DNA of 59,266 bases, filler included, from Sphacelaria rigidula (lineage: Eukaryota), in NCBI GenBank assembly GCA_964200075.2. It is 8 parts of 8 records of this genome, joined end to end, with 100 filler letters (N's around TTAATTAATTAA, not from the genome) between each part and the next. Parts side by side here need not be neighbours in the genome. Positions count along the whole stretch, not along the records: positions 22,264 to 29,584 come from CAXNAA020015458.1; positions 29,685 to 37,005 come from CAXNAA020015459.1; 6 more parts are not named here. One strand, 5' to 3'. This document shows positions 23,505 to 36,672 of this stretch, in pieces; within the stretch, counting starts at the first letter, position 1, and every line of letters starts with the position of its first letter. The notes beneath the pieces were generated by a model. The model was not told the origin of the DNA, ran no database searches, and saw only the letters and a program-made list of their open reading frames with translations. The translations under genes were made by a program, and so were the position numbers.

Positions 23505-25365
23505 TCTCGGACAGGAACGCGCAACAAATCCGCGCATTGGACCCGTAGCATCAGCAATTTCCCGCTTTTTCGACATCACCCGACGGGAAGCAAAGTGGAT
23601 TTGCCGAGCTGCAAGCTCACCTCAACATATTGTACCACCAACGAGAAACACAGAACGTGTCTTTCCCGGATTTTGTACTGTTCTCAGTGTTGTGCTGTGC
23701 AAACCATCACCGTGCGTGCCCTTGGCCCACAGGGCCCGTCCCCTCACGCGGGACAGCCGCTCTATTTCATTGGTGATAAAGACATTCACGGTATGAGGGC
23801 CGCGTTGTGATCTCACAAACAGAACCAAAATTCGGGAGCGCTGGGGACCACATGAATTCCGTCCCCCGCGCCCCCAATTTTGGTCCCAAGTCTGTTTGAT
23901 CACACCGCGGCACTCACAGCGTGTGTTGCCTTCGGCCGGCAGCGGTCTTTTTTTCAGCGGGTGACGGCTGACGCGTTATAAACAGCCAAGCTCTCGTGTT
24001 TCGTTGTGTCAAGGGATTGTTCGAGAAGCATGAAAGATTCGGTGCTGGTTTTGGCAGGAGGGTTGGCGGAGGGACGGTGAAGAATACGTGAGCGAGAATG
24101 GGCCGTAACTGCGTGATTGTAAACAAAATGAAAAGTGTGAGAAATGGTACGGAGTGCACCGCAAGAAACCTAGATCCGAGTATGAGTGACGGCGGTAAAG
24201 CTTTTGATGCAATTCGTGTCGAAGCATTATGAAAAAGAACAATGTCGCATGATAGAAAACGAACACGGTCTCAGCTCACGGCAGACTATCTCAGTGCGTC
24301 CGCTCAAAATGTAGCGCCCGACGCTGCGACTGATTATCACCGCTCGAGGGTGATCCTATCTCGTCTTCCGAGCGCTTCTCCTTCTTGGTTGGGGGAAAGC
24401 TGAGCATGTCGTGTGTGGTTGTGGTTCTTGAGGAAATTTGATGTGACAGAGTAGAGTGTAAGCATGATTCGCCGGTGTGTCCTGGGGTATGATCCGGGTG
24501 TGGTTCCGTATGCTCACGATAGACTATCTCTGTGCACCCGCTCTCAATGTATATAGCAAATACGGACGTGCGGGAAATTCGACGGAGCTCGCGACGTGGG
24601 GTCATCGTCACGTTGCGCGTTCCCCGTACCCTCGCCGGAACGCTCGCTTCAATTCCATGTGCGTTGACGATGTCAAGGTGCTTTGACGGCAAAAAATTGC
24701 CACAACACGAGGGTTGAACCCCACGCGCTGTGTGGCCGCTACCACAGGACGTTTTCATCGATATATGGTCCGTTCAATGATAATCGGTTGAACGATGCCC
24801 ATCTATGGCCACACACTTTCATAATATTAATATTACCTTAGTATATAGGTAGAACGAACCACGCGGAACGAATCCGCGCGTTGAACCCGTAGCATTGGCA
24901 TTCGCCCGAACAGTCACTAAATCGATTACGTCTCAAACCTTTGACCGCGAGGGTAGGTCACCTGCCGAATCGGCATCAATATTCCCTTGAAAACATTATG
25001 CATACCCCAGGTGGACTACCCGCACCGCGGTGCAAGGGTGAAAATCCTCAAGCACACAGTGTTCCTTATCCATGTCCCCGCTGGCGTAAGCCATCTCTGC
25101 TTGTCACGGTTGATACGCGTCATCACCAGACGGGAAACGAAATGGATCCACCAAGATTCAAGCTCAACCCAACATATTGCACCACCAACGAGAAACACAA
25201 GACGTTTTCTGCTCGGATTTTTCACTGTACTCGGTGTTGTCTTGTGCAAACCTTGATCGTGCGTGTCCACTGCTCACAGGGTCCGTTCCTTCTCGCAGAC
25301 CCTCGCTATATTTCATTGATTGGTAATGAAGGTATACAATGTGTGAATTGGGGGCGCGAGGGAAG
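23505..25365 (+). repeat. Two diverged direct copies (~23505-23800 and ~24855-25365) of a non-coding repeat
   Basis: Shared CATCACC.GACGGGAA.C.AA.TGGAT, CAACATATTG.ACCACCAACGAGAAACACA and GTGTTGT...GTGCAAACC blocks. Confidence 0.75.
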
Positions 25366-26740
25366 GAGTTGATGTAACTATAGCTGTGGGAAGAGCATGC
25401 AGCTTTATACATTGTACTATTACGGTGTTATGACCAACCAACAACTTCAATTTTTGAATTGAAACACTTCGAAACGCAAAGCTGTGTTTCTATAGTGAAC
25501 CTCATTCTGATGATAACGGCGCACGCCGCACCCACTCTGAATTTATGTTGAAAATAGTACGTAAATACTCACCGGGTTCATGAGAGATTTGTCTCCGTCG
25601 GAATTTTCCACAAAAATATTCAGTTTACCTAAATCTGTTTGATGCCAGGCTGAACCGCTCGCTTCATGATTTCGATGCACGCTACACAGTGTCGCGACCT
25701 CTGTTGAGTTTTCAGCGAGTGTACTGAGTATGATCCGGGTGTGGTTCAGTATGTAACATTTACGCGTAACATTTCACGTTTTTCACCACTTCCGCCGAGT
25801 TTTCTCTGGCGACAGGGCATCTCATCACGCGCTTTTTGAGCAGTGCACGAAGAAGGCGCAGCGGTACATTACCTTCCAGGTTTGGGTGTCAACTGGTACC
25901 TGTGGCGCATCTTCTGGTCATCGAAGGTCGCCGACACTGGCTCTTTTTCGCCGGGTGTGGATCCCGAACCACAACAGCCTCTTCAAGATGATGACGGAAA
26001 ACTTCAAACAGGAACCAAAACAACAGGAGCCTGTTCATAGCGGGGTATTTATTTGCGTTCTCGTTGATTCGGGAGCGCGAACACAGCGGTTATGCAGCGA
26101 ATATCACGAGAACATGAGAGCAAAGCAGTTGGAAACAGTTGAACATTGCCTTCGCCCTAGTCACCAGTAAAACCAAGACCGTGCAATGAGCCCTTGGCGA
26201 GTTGAACAAGGCACACACGTGGGCAAAGGTCCTCACTGTGGATTAGCTGTGAAAGACTAGTGCAGGATGGTCACGAAATCCCCGTGATCATGCAACCCGT
26301 GACAGAGAGTTCCCTCAAAGGATGCACCTCTGAAGTACCGGTACGGGGAAGCCCTTGTGACAAGGATATCCCTACACAGGTACTTCACAGAGGGGATCTG
26401 AAGAAATGTACGTAAACAATGGTTGGTACTATGGAGATGCCATCAACAACCCTAACGCTAACCCTAACCCTAAAACCGACCAAGGCATACCGAGAACTCT
26501 GGGGCGAGGGGAGTGCAGAGTGTTTCTTATCCCTTAGACGGCGACCCCCTCGCTGGTAGACTGAGTTAGACACTCCACGTATTGGGTTCAGAATCATTCC
26601 TTTGTCACAACTCAAAACGCTACTCTACGGCGGAAGGGATCGGGAGTGCATAAAGGGCACATGGTTGTGAGGGTCATGACACAGACGGTGGTGTGGGTGT
26701 CGACTACCTGATTATTACGCCTCATGTTTTTGCTGTGCAG

Positions 26741-26992
26741 TCTGTAGTGTATCGTGCCGCGGCTGCACGTGCCGTCTGCAGCGTACCGGATCTTACAGTG
26801 TTGAACGTGCCGAGTTTACGCAGCGTGCGTTTGGATATCGCACCATGACTACCGCCGCGAACGCCCCTGACTACCGTAAAGCAATTGCTCGGCGATGGCG
26901 GTCGCCTCACCGTCGAAGTACTTGTCTACATCCACGTGTGTAGGACACTCGTGGCCGCCGCTCGCGTGTTGCGTAATGACGTTTTATACCAG
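26741..26992 (+). CDS. Candidate 252-bp exon with a single in-frame TGA (26846-26848)
   Basis: Acceptor TTTTTGCTGTGCAG, donor CAG|GTGTAG, 84 codons: SVVYRAAAARAVCSVPDLTVLNVPSLRSVRLDIAP*LPPRTPLTTVKQLL...RNDVLYQ. Confidence 0.3.
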
Positions 26993-28005
26993 GTGTAGGT
27001 GTGGAGCTAGTAGGACGCTCAAGTAGTACTGAACAGACAGACACAGTGTACCGAAGGTGCTCGAACACCTGCCCTTTGGTTATATAGTCTGTGGTTGATT
27101 TGACATGATCAAAATGAGATCTGAGGGTAGACGGCGGACGTGTTTACCAGGTATCTACTGTACCTCTACCGGAACAAGAGTTTTCATTTTGACGACCGTG
27201 ATCAGTCAGAATGGTCATCCCGTGCCACTCGGGCCTCGTGCACGGCTCATATTTTTCCGCGAGAAACTTCTAAGCACACATGGTTGGCTCCATGAGCTCC
27301 TCCGACGCTCCGCGGAGAGATCCCTTACCCCCCCTCCAAAACCACCCGCCTCCGAGCCCTGGAAACCCCCTGATGTCTCGGCACTGTCAGCCTATACACC
27401 TGTTCCGAGGCGACGCTCGTCGTCTAAGGGTTAAGGGTTGTTATTATCGACACAGGTTTTGGGAGGTCGCCAAGAGTTTTGGTGTTTTCGCACCTGGCGT
27501 TTGGCGTTCTCTGAAAATGAAGCGGCTAGATGTTTTCGCCAAGCCTTCACGTTTGGCGAACGCCAAATACTTCGGACTGCAGCGCAATACTCCGCAGAGC
27601 TGCCCTTGGCGGACGCCGTGGCGCTCGCAAGCATGCGAGAATCATGAGGAACCTTGCTAGTGACTCCCTGGCCTATGTCGTAAAGTATAAAGCACCGCGG
27701 GTTGGCGGTATCTATCTTCTTAGACGATGTGTACCCTGGCAGCGGTGTTGGAGCTGTCGGGGCCAAGCACGGTGGTCGTCGTTTCCAGACATACGCACTT
27801 TCGAAGTCAAGAGCACTAACAATCCAGTAGCTACCTACTTGCCTGCAGTGCTGCTACGAGTTACGCTACTGCACCATCTGATGAGTGTAAAGCTGATGGT
27901 TTCATTTGGTGTATCTGCACACACAACTCACAGAAAGCAAGGATGCTGCAATCTATGCACGGGGCTTTCTACAGTCGGTACTTTTACTCATGTGTGCTCT
28001 TGCAG

Positions 28006-28117
28006 CATCCAGAGAGAGCCGGTCGATCACGCCCTAGCCTGTCCGACTGCCCCCCCCCGTGTCACAGAGGTTGTGAGAAAGATGTTCACCACAGTTGTGA
28101 ACGCCATACACGGGCAG
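28006..28117 (+). CDS. Candidate exon of an unknown gene
   Basis: Acceptor TGCTCTTGCAG, donor CAG|GTAGCA, open frame IQREPVDHALACPTAPPRVTEVVRKMFTTVVNAIHGQ. Confidence 0.4.
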
Positions 28118-28779
28118 GTAGCATAACCTTGTCCTTTATTTTGCCGGCGAAGTCAAGCAAACGACGAGATCCGGACCATTTGCAATGAGATATCTCAGAG
28201 CAACAGTAGATCTAGATGATAACGAGCCCTATAATAGGCGATTGCCGGAAATTCAGACGTTCTCTCTTTTTTTTTTTCATTTGTCAATAATAAAGGCCCT
28301 GAGTAAAGCGTGCGTTGCGGAAGCTCAAATCGACGCCTTTCGAGAGCTCAAATCGAGAGCCGATTTTGGACAAAAACACGTTCTGGACGACCTGGGTCTG
28401 CTGCTCACCACTGCTCACCTGCCCCAAATCATGGATTTCCTCAGGACCTTCCTTCCTCTGAAATCGAGTAAAATCGAAAACCGATCGCTGTTCACGTACA
28501 TTTCTTTAGGTCTATCAGTGTTGCGCCAAAAAAAAAAAGTCGAATGGTGCCGATTTTCGCATACAAGAGTTATCGTATAAATCATCAGCTGGAATCATCC
28601 ACAAGGTAGTTGTAGTCCACACGAGCGAGGTGCCCCAGAGGGAGGACCTACAGCCCAACATGCAGCATATCTGAAAAGCTATGTTCAAGACTAGATTGTT
28701 GGCGAAAGTTGCAGGTTGAGAACGGCATTTTGTCCCGCGTTTGGTGCACACGCGGCCATTGGGCTACACCCCGAAATGC

Positions 28780-28950
28780 CCCCGGAGGGATGCGCGGCCC
28801 TCCAGGGGAATAACAAGCCTCCGGAGGCCTTCAATTCCTCTGGAGGAAGCCGAAAAATGTGCTCTGGCGGGCGGCGCATCCCTCCGGAGGCGTTTAATTC
28901 CTCTGGAGGCTCAAAAAGCTTACCCACCCAGAGAAATTCTGGAGGCAGCC
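28780..28950. repeat. Short tandem array of CCTCCGGAGG/CTCTGGAGG units (~63-bp period)
   Basis: CCTCCGGAGGCCTTCAATTCCTCTGGAGG is repeated as CCTCCGGAGGCGTTTAATTCCTCTGGAGG, resembling transposon subterminal repeats. Confidence 0.6.
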
Positions 28951-30829
28951 AAATGGCCGCGTGTGTGGTGTGTATGGTGTTGCTCGGTTCGGGTTCCTTG
29001 CGGGCCCCATGGTACGACGTCAGGTGACGACCACGCTTCGCATTCCAGCGCATCACCACGCCTAGGGCGTTGTATATGGAGTGTGCAATCCGCCTGGAAA
29101 ATAAACATCTCAGTTGCTTTCGAAGAAACCAAGAACGGCAAGATCGTTTGCACCCATGTCTGACGGGGCAGCTCATGGATTTGAAATTTGAAAACTCGGT
29201 CATGACAAATTTACCAAGTTCAGTATAAGCTGTAACACGCTGATGCACAGTGCAATGTAAGGTCTACGGACAGTACCCGTACCGTGATACCGCGTAACCG
29301 CATCTGAGATGCGGCGTAACCAGGGCGTACGTAACCCTATCTCATGTTTATTTGGATACGTTCCTAGGGTAAAGTCCCACTTTCTAGTGCAACTTTGCTT
29401 GTGGATTCCTCGCCTGCGACTGCGCGTTCCATCATAAATTTTTGTTATCATTATTTTTATATTGAAACTTTGCCCACTAGTCGGACACGACACAGACAAC
29501 ATATAGCAGTGTTTTCGTGAGGTTGAGAGTAGATGGTACGATTGAGAGTGAAAAGCGGTCAATCAGTGAATCAATCGTTTCAGTNNNNNNNNNNNNNNNN
29601 NNNNNNNNNNNNNNNNNNNNNNNNNNNNTTAATTAATTAANNNNNNNNNNNNNNNNNNNNNNNNNNNNNNNNNNNNNNNNNNNNGGGGGGCTGGGGGGGT
29701 GGGGAGTGGTCGCTAGGGGGGGGGGGGGGGGGGGGGGGGCTAACGTAAAACGTTTCCTACGCTACTACAGCACAGCCGGGGTCGACATCACGTACATCCT
29801 TCTCCCTTTTGAACCCTGCGGCCGAAGTCCGCCTCGCCCGAACCACCTCCAGCTTTCTGCCCCCGGCCAACCACGCAGGTCAATCACCATCATCGCCAAC
29901 CATGATATCGCGGTACATGGCAGTTTGTCCACACACACATACACGAAGATGATGAGACCCACAGAGGCGGACACGAAAAGGATGCAGGTGAGGCCGACGA
30001 GGAAATCGCAAATGGAAAAGTGAGCAAGTAGTACCAAAAAAAACGGAGTTCGAGAACCAACACTCACCAATTTCCACCATATAAGAGCGAATGCCACACG
30101 CCACCATTAATCATGTTTTCGTGAAAATTGAGAGTCTAGAATACGACCGAGAGAGAGTGACACGCGGTCAATCAATGAACGAAAGAGTGTTTCTGTTCCG
30201 AAGTGTTGCTGATGCGTTTGGTATCCCTCAGTGGGAGGATATCGACGTGTAGCTGTACGCACACAAAAGTGTTCAAATTGGTCAAGTTAGAGCGAATATA
30301 CAAAACTCACTCTCAATCAACGCAAAACTCTTCATCTCATCACAACATAAATTGCGCCATCATTTAACAAGTGGCTGGATAACCCCCGTGTCCCACGCTG
30401 CATCACCCACCGCACCTGCCCACATATATTTACCCCGCACAAAAGATGCCATGATGCTCGTGTTTTGTATGCACATGGAGAACGACTTCGACCGTTGCCA
30501 CGGACGGTCCACTCCGTACAGGGCAGATCTCGATAGATGCAGTTCCTTTTCCCCTGTTTTGTCCTACACACTGTTGGGCACGGCCACCTCTATGGACAAT
30601 GACACGGCTGGGTTCCCCCAGGGATCGATTCATGTGCGACAATCAATCAACACCAAATTGATCGATCAATCCACCCTTGTAACCCCGTGAGCCCTAGACT
30701 CCACAGACCAACTCATCTCTGATCCTCCCCTCCTAACCCCTCCTGACACGCGTCAGGGATTGGTTTATCTCGCGGACTGTATCAGGTGTCCCGCAGCGCG
30801 TCAACTGCCTTCCCGTCATCAAATTGGCT

Positions 30830-33800
30830 CTAATCGCCACCACCACTGCTCACATCCTCCATCACCTTTTGGTCGCTTTGATCGACGAGAATCAGCTCAT
30901 TTTAGGGCAAAAATAAAAGCTAAAAAAAAATGTATTTTTTGCCGGGAATCGAGACCCGCACTTTTCCCAACCCAACAGGTTCAGTTGGACCATACGACCA
31001 CCCGGGCGCGGCGACACTTGGTCCACCATGTCCGTAGGAGGCTGGTCCCCCCCCCCCCCCCCATCACCCACCTAAATGTCGGAGGTGTCTCTCTTAATAT
31101 CAGTAACGGTGCTTCGTCTCGAAAGGGATACATAGTCAGAGGTCAAACGACCAAGGCAAGCAACAAGAAGGTACGCTCCTCCCCCCTAATTTCACTGCAC
31201 GGAACCTTGAATGAAACTACACGATCGCGTCTCAGCACAACCACCCACCCTGGCGTTGTGGAACAACGGGTTGTAACGGCCCACGCCCTTTCCGCTGTCC
31301 TCCTCCTCGATGGCCTCGTCCACGTCGATACCGCCCCCCGTGCCTGCGTGGCCGCTGTAAAATCGCGAGAAGGTAGATCCCGATTTCTTCCCCTGTTAAT
31401 TCCAGCGGTAGGTATACGCAACACGGGGCAAACGGCAGGCAGGCATTTGAAGTCAAGAAGCAAAGCGCAAAATGGCGTGCAATTCTCGGGCGGAAAAAGG
31501 CCGACGTTGCTCCTGTGTATCAAAAAACAAATACGGCGTATAGAATACATTGGGATGGATATTTCCCTCTCTCCACCCCCTTCTCACCACCTCAAACACG
31601 GATATAGCTCACACTGTGAAGATCCTTCGCTCAATGATGAACGTTTATATTACCAACACTTCCATGCTACTACTCGACAAATACAAAAAAGGTTCATCTC
31701 GAGATGTATAACCGGGCGCGGAGAGCGGAAAAGGCCCCACTCACCGCATGGCGTCGATCATGTCGGTCATCATCATCGTCGTCCTCGTCATCGTCCACAA
31801 TACCCACCACCTGACGGTCATCATCCAAAAAACGACCGAAGCAGCGGTGCGACGATAGCCGGCAATCTTTTTCAACTACTCATCACCTCCGACCGTTCGT
31901 TATTCACCAAATCAAGGCAAAACGATACCAACATCAACAAAAAGTATTCCAACAGCACACCATAGACCACTCTGGCCAAAGCATAACCGAACAAACGAAA
32001 AACATAACGCAAATACGTATTGTTAATACGATAGCACGCGCAAATGACCGGCCGATAGCTCCGAACACTCACGAGTCAACTGGGCAACAATCTCGAATAT
32101 TCAGAGGCATGGCGGGTACGGTATACCCGATGTTGTCGTATTCCTGAAAGTTCCAAGGGTTGGACGAATCATGATTTGTCTGAAAATCACTTGCTTTTAG
32201 TGTCATCGATTCGTACGTACCGCGATTAACGTCTTGTTATTCTTTTCCGACCAAAGTAGGCCTCAGATATAGTAGATTTGGTGATCCTAATCAATGATGA
32301 TTGGTCCGACCCTTCAAACGTTCGCGATGACCTGTGCGGGCTTTCAAAATGGGAACAACAGCGATGACCTGACTGCTGCTGTGGGCATGGGTCGGACGGA
32401 TCTTGAAAATACCACAAAATCGGGTATACCTCACCCGGGCGACATTCCCTCGACAGAGCTTATTTTTCCTTATTTTCTTTCATGTCACACATTCCTTCCT
32501 CGGGACGAACCCGCCGTCTCAAGAGATTCATCAAGCCATCTCCCGCCCGGTACACACACCTTCACACCCTGGAAACACTGTTAGTTCTTTTGCAAACCGT
32601 TGATGGAGAGGTGATGATTTGCAACTGACGTTTTCTTAGGCAAGATATGGTTGTTTTTCTCCAACTTTTGACTCTTGGTGTGTACCCCCCCACCAAAACG
32701 GTGAACCACTCTGAAGATCCAGTACACACCAATGTGACAAGATTCGCGCACCGAACTCAAAGTGACGCTCTCCCGGTGACGAAAGCTCGTATACGGCAGT
32801 TCGCACTGTGTCTCGCCAGTTTCAAAAAGGTTCAGAAGAGATCACACTGTATAAAAAATGCAACGTTGTGTTTGGTAATTATATTGTATACGGACTGAAA
32901 TTGGTATCATTTACTGTAGTACATGAAAGCGATATTTGTATCGGTTGAATACGTTCCCTTCTGAACCATACCGAATTGTTCGAGAACACAGGTTTGATAC
33001 CTAGAACGAATGAAAGTAAAAAAACAAGGCAGCTAGATTCATCGGACAGCGAGCCTGCTTTTTCTTTCCGACTTCGTTCCCGATGGTGCCAATTGTAGCA
33101 ACTCTAGTAGACCACCACGGTGCGGAGGTATCAAAACCGCATGGGGAAAATCGCCGACGTTTTTTGCGCGACGACATATACGGCTTCTTTACTTGCAGCA
33201 CTGTGTCTTGCTCTGTTTATTACTGCAGCGCTCATCGTGCTCATCGTGAGGGCCGGGGGGTACTCATGATCATGCATGCCATAGTCGCATGCCATCAGCC
33301 TCGCATCCCTACAAAGCCGGGACGGAGCACGCCGGGTTTTTGCCGGGCCAGGCTCGCAATCGCTCACCTGGCGCGAAGCGCCGTGGTGTGTTCGGCGAGT
33401 CTCATGAAGGGTGAGCGGCATCCTGTTCAGATTGTTCGGCCTGCTGAAGCCTACCGATCATCTCGCATTTGGATGACAGCCTTCAATTAATTGCTTCACT
33501 TTCTGGTATCGCCACTTTCAGAGACAGCCACGGCTTATACACTGCCTCATGGATGTCTCACCATTTAAACACGACGTAGCACGATCATCCCCTTTGCGCG
33601 GAGTTGAGGTTCTCCCACAACCCGCACAACATAATCTAGCTCGACTACCATCATCGTTACCCCCCCCCAAAAAACGCAAGCACGCGCGCGCAAAAAAAAA
33701 TACTGTTTCGCCGAGCATATACAAAGTGAGTGGCGTATTTTACAGCGTCGTTGTCAACCGGGTCCACGGGTTAGGGGGGGGGGGGGGGCAGCAATCCCCA

Positions 33801-36672
33801 ACATGGCAGAAGACCAAGGGACCACAGGGGACCCCGGGGGCAAACACCTATCCAAAAAGCCAAAAAANNNNNNNNNNCCGCCGACACAATAAGAGGGGGG
33901 GGGGGTTTGTAACGCCGGCGGATCACCCCGGGCCGCGGGGGGGGGGGGGGGGGGGGGGGGGCAGCAATCACCAACATGGCAGAAGACTCAGGAACCACAG
34001 GGAAGCACGGAGGCAAACACTTATGCAAACAGACAAAAAAGCACAAAACATGCTCACCGCCGCGCCGTTAGCCGCCCCCGGACTGTCAGGGTCCGCGTCG
34101 TCAACCCCCGCCGTACCATTGGCCTTTCCGGTCAGCAGTTTCCCCATCACCCCGCTACCCCCGCCGGCGGCTTTCTCGGCCTTTTTGGCTGCCGCCTTCT
34201 CGGCCTTCTTCCTTTCCTCCTCCTCCCTTTTCCATTCCTCCTCGGCCCTCTTCCGTTCCTCCTCAGCCCTTTTCCGTTCCGCCTCTGCCCTTCTCCGTTC
34301 TTCCTCTGCCCTCTTCTTCGCCTCTGCCTCCGCCCTTTTCCTACAAGTTGTCGAGACACACGTGCAAAAATAAATAAAAATGCACAGTCATCAAACCACA
34401 AGCACGCATGATGTTGACGTGAAAGGGGGGCGATCCCTGACAACCACAGACTCTTTCAGAGAAAAGGGAGAGGGTACACGAACTAGGAGGAGGCGCAGAA
34501 CATTTACACAGTGACACATATTCGTTCCATTCCTTCCCTTCGCCTTACCTGCTTCGCTGTGTTCTTGCGCTCGTGTCGTTACGGATAATTTTTTCAATTC
34601 AGATAAATAACATCTTCATTTGTTTCATCTTCTTGTACTTCGTATTTGTTTTCACGTCATTTTCTCCTCTGTCGAGTAAGGATTTTTCGTTCCGTTTTAC
34701 ATTTACCTCGGATACATCTGTCTTGTGGAATAAGTTACTCAGCTAAAATCAATCAAGAGGCAGGGGTCGTGTGTGTTCATAATAATAAAAAAAATTATAC
34801 AGGACGATACATAAAGGATCACAATTGACAAAACCGGCGGATGCACATACATACATGTGCGCATACAAAAAAGATGACTGAAAACACAAAACGCCGAACC
34901 AGAACAAATCTCACCCATTCCGAGCTCAACAGTCGCCAGGTAGAGCACCTTACTTGAGCACGGCAACATTCCGTTCTAGCACCGGGGCGGGTATCCTAGA
35001 TACTAGCCTTTGCTCACCCCTCAAAGCTACTACTACACTAGTACTCGGCCGGCCCATAACATTGTTCCGAAAGGAGGCCCACCCCCCGATGGGATAAAAA
35101 ATAACATACCAAGTGTCCCACTATCCCTATTCCTTGGACTTTCACCATTTTCCCCCCCAAGGTTTTTAGTGATACGATGTTAAGGGGTGTGTCTTAGGCC
35201 AACTCTCATGGGAGCCGTTCAAAATTCCTGTCGAAACCTGCATTTCGGGCTCTTCTCCATCGATTTACGCCCGACAAGAGGTCTAGGCGGATGTTGACGC
35301 CTTGGGATGACTTGCTCTACTCGTTGAGATCCTTCCAGGGCAAATTTGCAACTTTGCTGTTCCCGCTTGCCGCACTTTCGTTTTTGGCCAAACCAGGTCA
35401 CACACGGATTTACAGTGAAAAACGGCCAGGTGATGAAAAATCATCTCTGTTTTTTATCGCTTGATCGTCTTTTTTTTGTAAATTCGTGTTTGGTCAAAAT
35501 GAAAGTGCGGCCAGCGGGAAATGCAAAGTTGCCCTGGAACGGCCCCAATGAGTAGCGCAAGTCATTCCAAGGCGTCAATACCCGCCTAGCCCTCTTTTCC
35601 GGCGTGAAACGACAGAGAAGGGCCAAAAAAGCAGTTTTGAACAGAAATTTTGAACGGTTCCCATTAGAGTCGGTCTTAGCACATCATTTTTCGATCAAAA
35701 ATGTGAAAATTATGAAATCTCAACAGGTGGTGATATCAACCATCGTCATTAACGTTCAAGTCACGACATATCAGATCAGATTATTCGTGTTTTATTTACA
35801 CAGCACTTTTTTCGATCGGAAATGGCTTTGCGAAGGCACCCCTTCAATAAAACCCTTCGACCGCGAGAGTAGCTCATCCATTAAATCGACATGAATTTCA
35901 GTTGAAAAACGTATGCATGATCCACGCGGACTACCCTCGCCGTCTAAGAGTCAACAGTACCCGGTACTCCAGCAGAGTCATGTCGCAATCGCCGTCCCCC
36001 TTCCCCCCTCCTCCCTCCCAGGAAAGTGGCTGATTTGAGGAAGCAACATCTACATTTAAATCAAAATGACAAGAGCCGAGCACACCGAGCAGTTGGGCAC
36101 ACACTCACGCTTGGGAGCGTTCTTTGCCAGTGTACCTCATATAAGTCGCCTCTTGCAGTCTGATACCAGCCATCATGCACTAGGGAAAGGGACAGCTCAA
36201 CCCCTCTCGCGATAAAAATATGGGCGAGCACCGCAGAAGGAAGGTGGGGTACTAAAAAACAAAAAAGGAGAAGCTCCTGCGGTGACGTTCCTCCTGTGTG
36301 ACCCCGGCTGATGCGCCCACATATACCGAAAGGTGTAGACCGGCGTCCAGAATAGATGGGACGACAACACTCTGTAGCCGTTCTCTTTGTTACAGTTTTG
36401 GGGCTGCTGGTGTGTGGATGGGGGGGGATGTCGCGGAATCACTCAGCACAATGGAACGCCCGCACCTTGCCGCTTCGGCTTCTTTTCGTCTTCGGATTTC
36501 CTCGGCGCGTGCCAACGCCACCCTCTTCGCCTTTCGCCTACCTAGGAAGCCCCTAGCTACCCTGTGCACTGTCACGGCCTTTTCCTTCTGCACCAAGTAT
36601 CGCCCGCGCTGCTGCTTCGCTCGTACACCGGCTTGCGATACCACGGCGGCCTTCCGCAACCTCAAGTAGGGT
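30830..36672 (-). CDS. 3' part of a spliced gene: IQ motifs + ER/K single-alpha-helix + short acidic tail (myosin neck/tail-like). Exons 36466-36672, 34058-34340, 31745-31810, 31249-31392 and probably 30830-30865
   Basis: Canonical AG/GT boundaries with all phases compatible. LRKAAVVSQAGVRAKQQRGRYL and KAVTVHRVARGFLGRRKAK are IQ-like. KRAEAEAKKRAEEERRRAEAERKRAEEERK is SAH-like. These are followed by VVGIVDDDEDDDDD and GKKSGSTFSRFY...NPLFHNAR. No motor domain in the contig. Confidence 0.75.
35188..35683. mobile_element. Almost fully palindromic foldback MITE (~495 bp) inside an intron
   Basis: The ~240-bp arms pair throughout, e.g. ACTCTCATGGGAGCCGTTCAAAATT with AATTTTGAACGGTTCCCATTAGAGT, and TTCCCGCTTGCCGCACTTTC with GAAAGTGCGGCCAGCGGGAA. 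Confidence 0.85.
36182..36370 (+). mobile_element. 5'-truncated copy of the tRNA-derived SINE (intronic)
   Basis: Matches 9043-9230, including the near-identical tail CTCCTGTGTGACCCCGGCTGATGCGCCCACATATACCGAAAGGTGTAGAC.GGCGTCCAGAATAGATGGGA. Confidence 0.85.

Noticed and set aside
24690..24745. Pol III gene (minus-strand GGTTCAACCC followed by a T run)
   Set aside because: Only a B-box-like motif is present, with no convincing A box or cloverleaf and no second copy in the window.
30760..31965. 401-aa plus-strand ORF, the longest in the track
   Set aside because: It runs through C runs and a dispersed repeat, and is antisense to well-formed minus-strand exons. No domain is recognisable.
33549..34373. 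274-aa plus-strand ORF
   Set aside because: It spans Ns and G runs, and its Ser/Ala/Leu/Phe-rich end is the antisense of the SAH exon.
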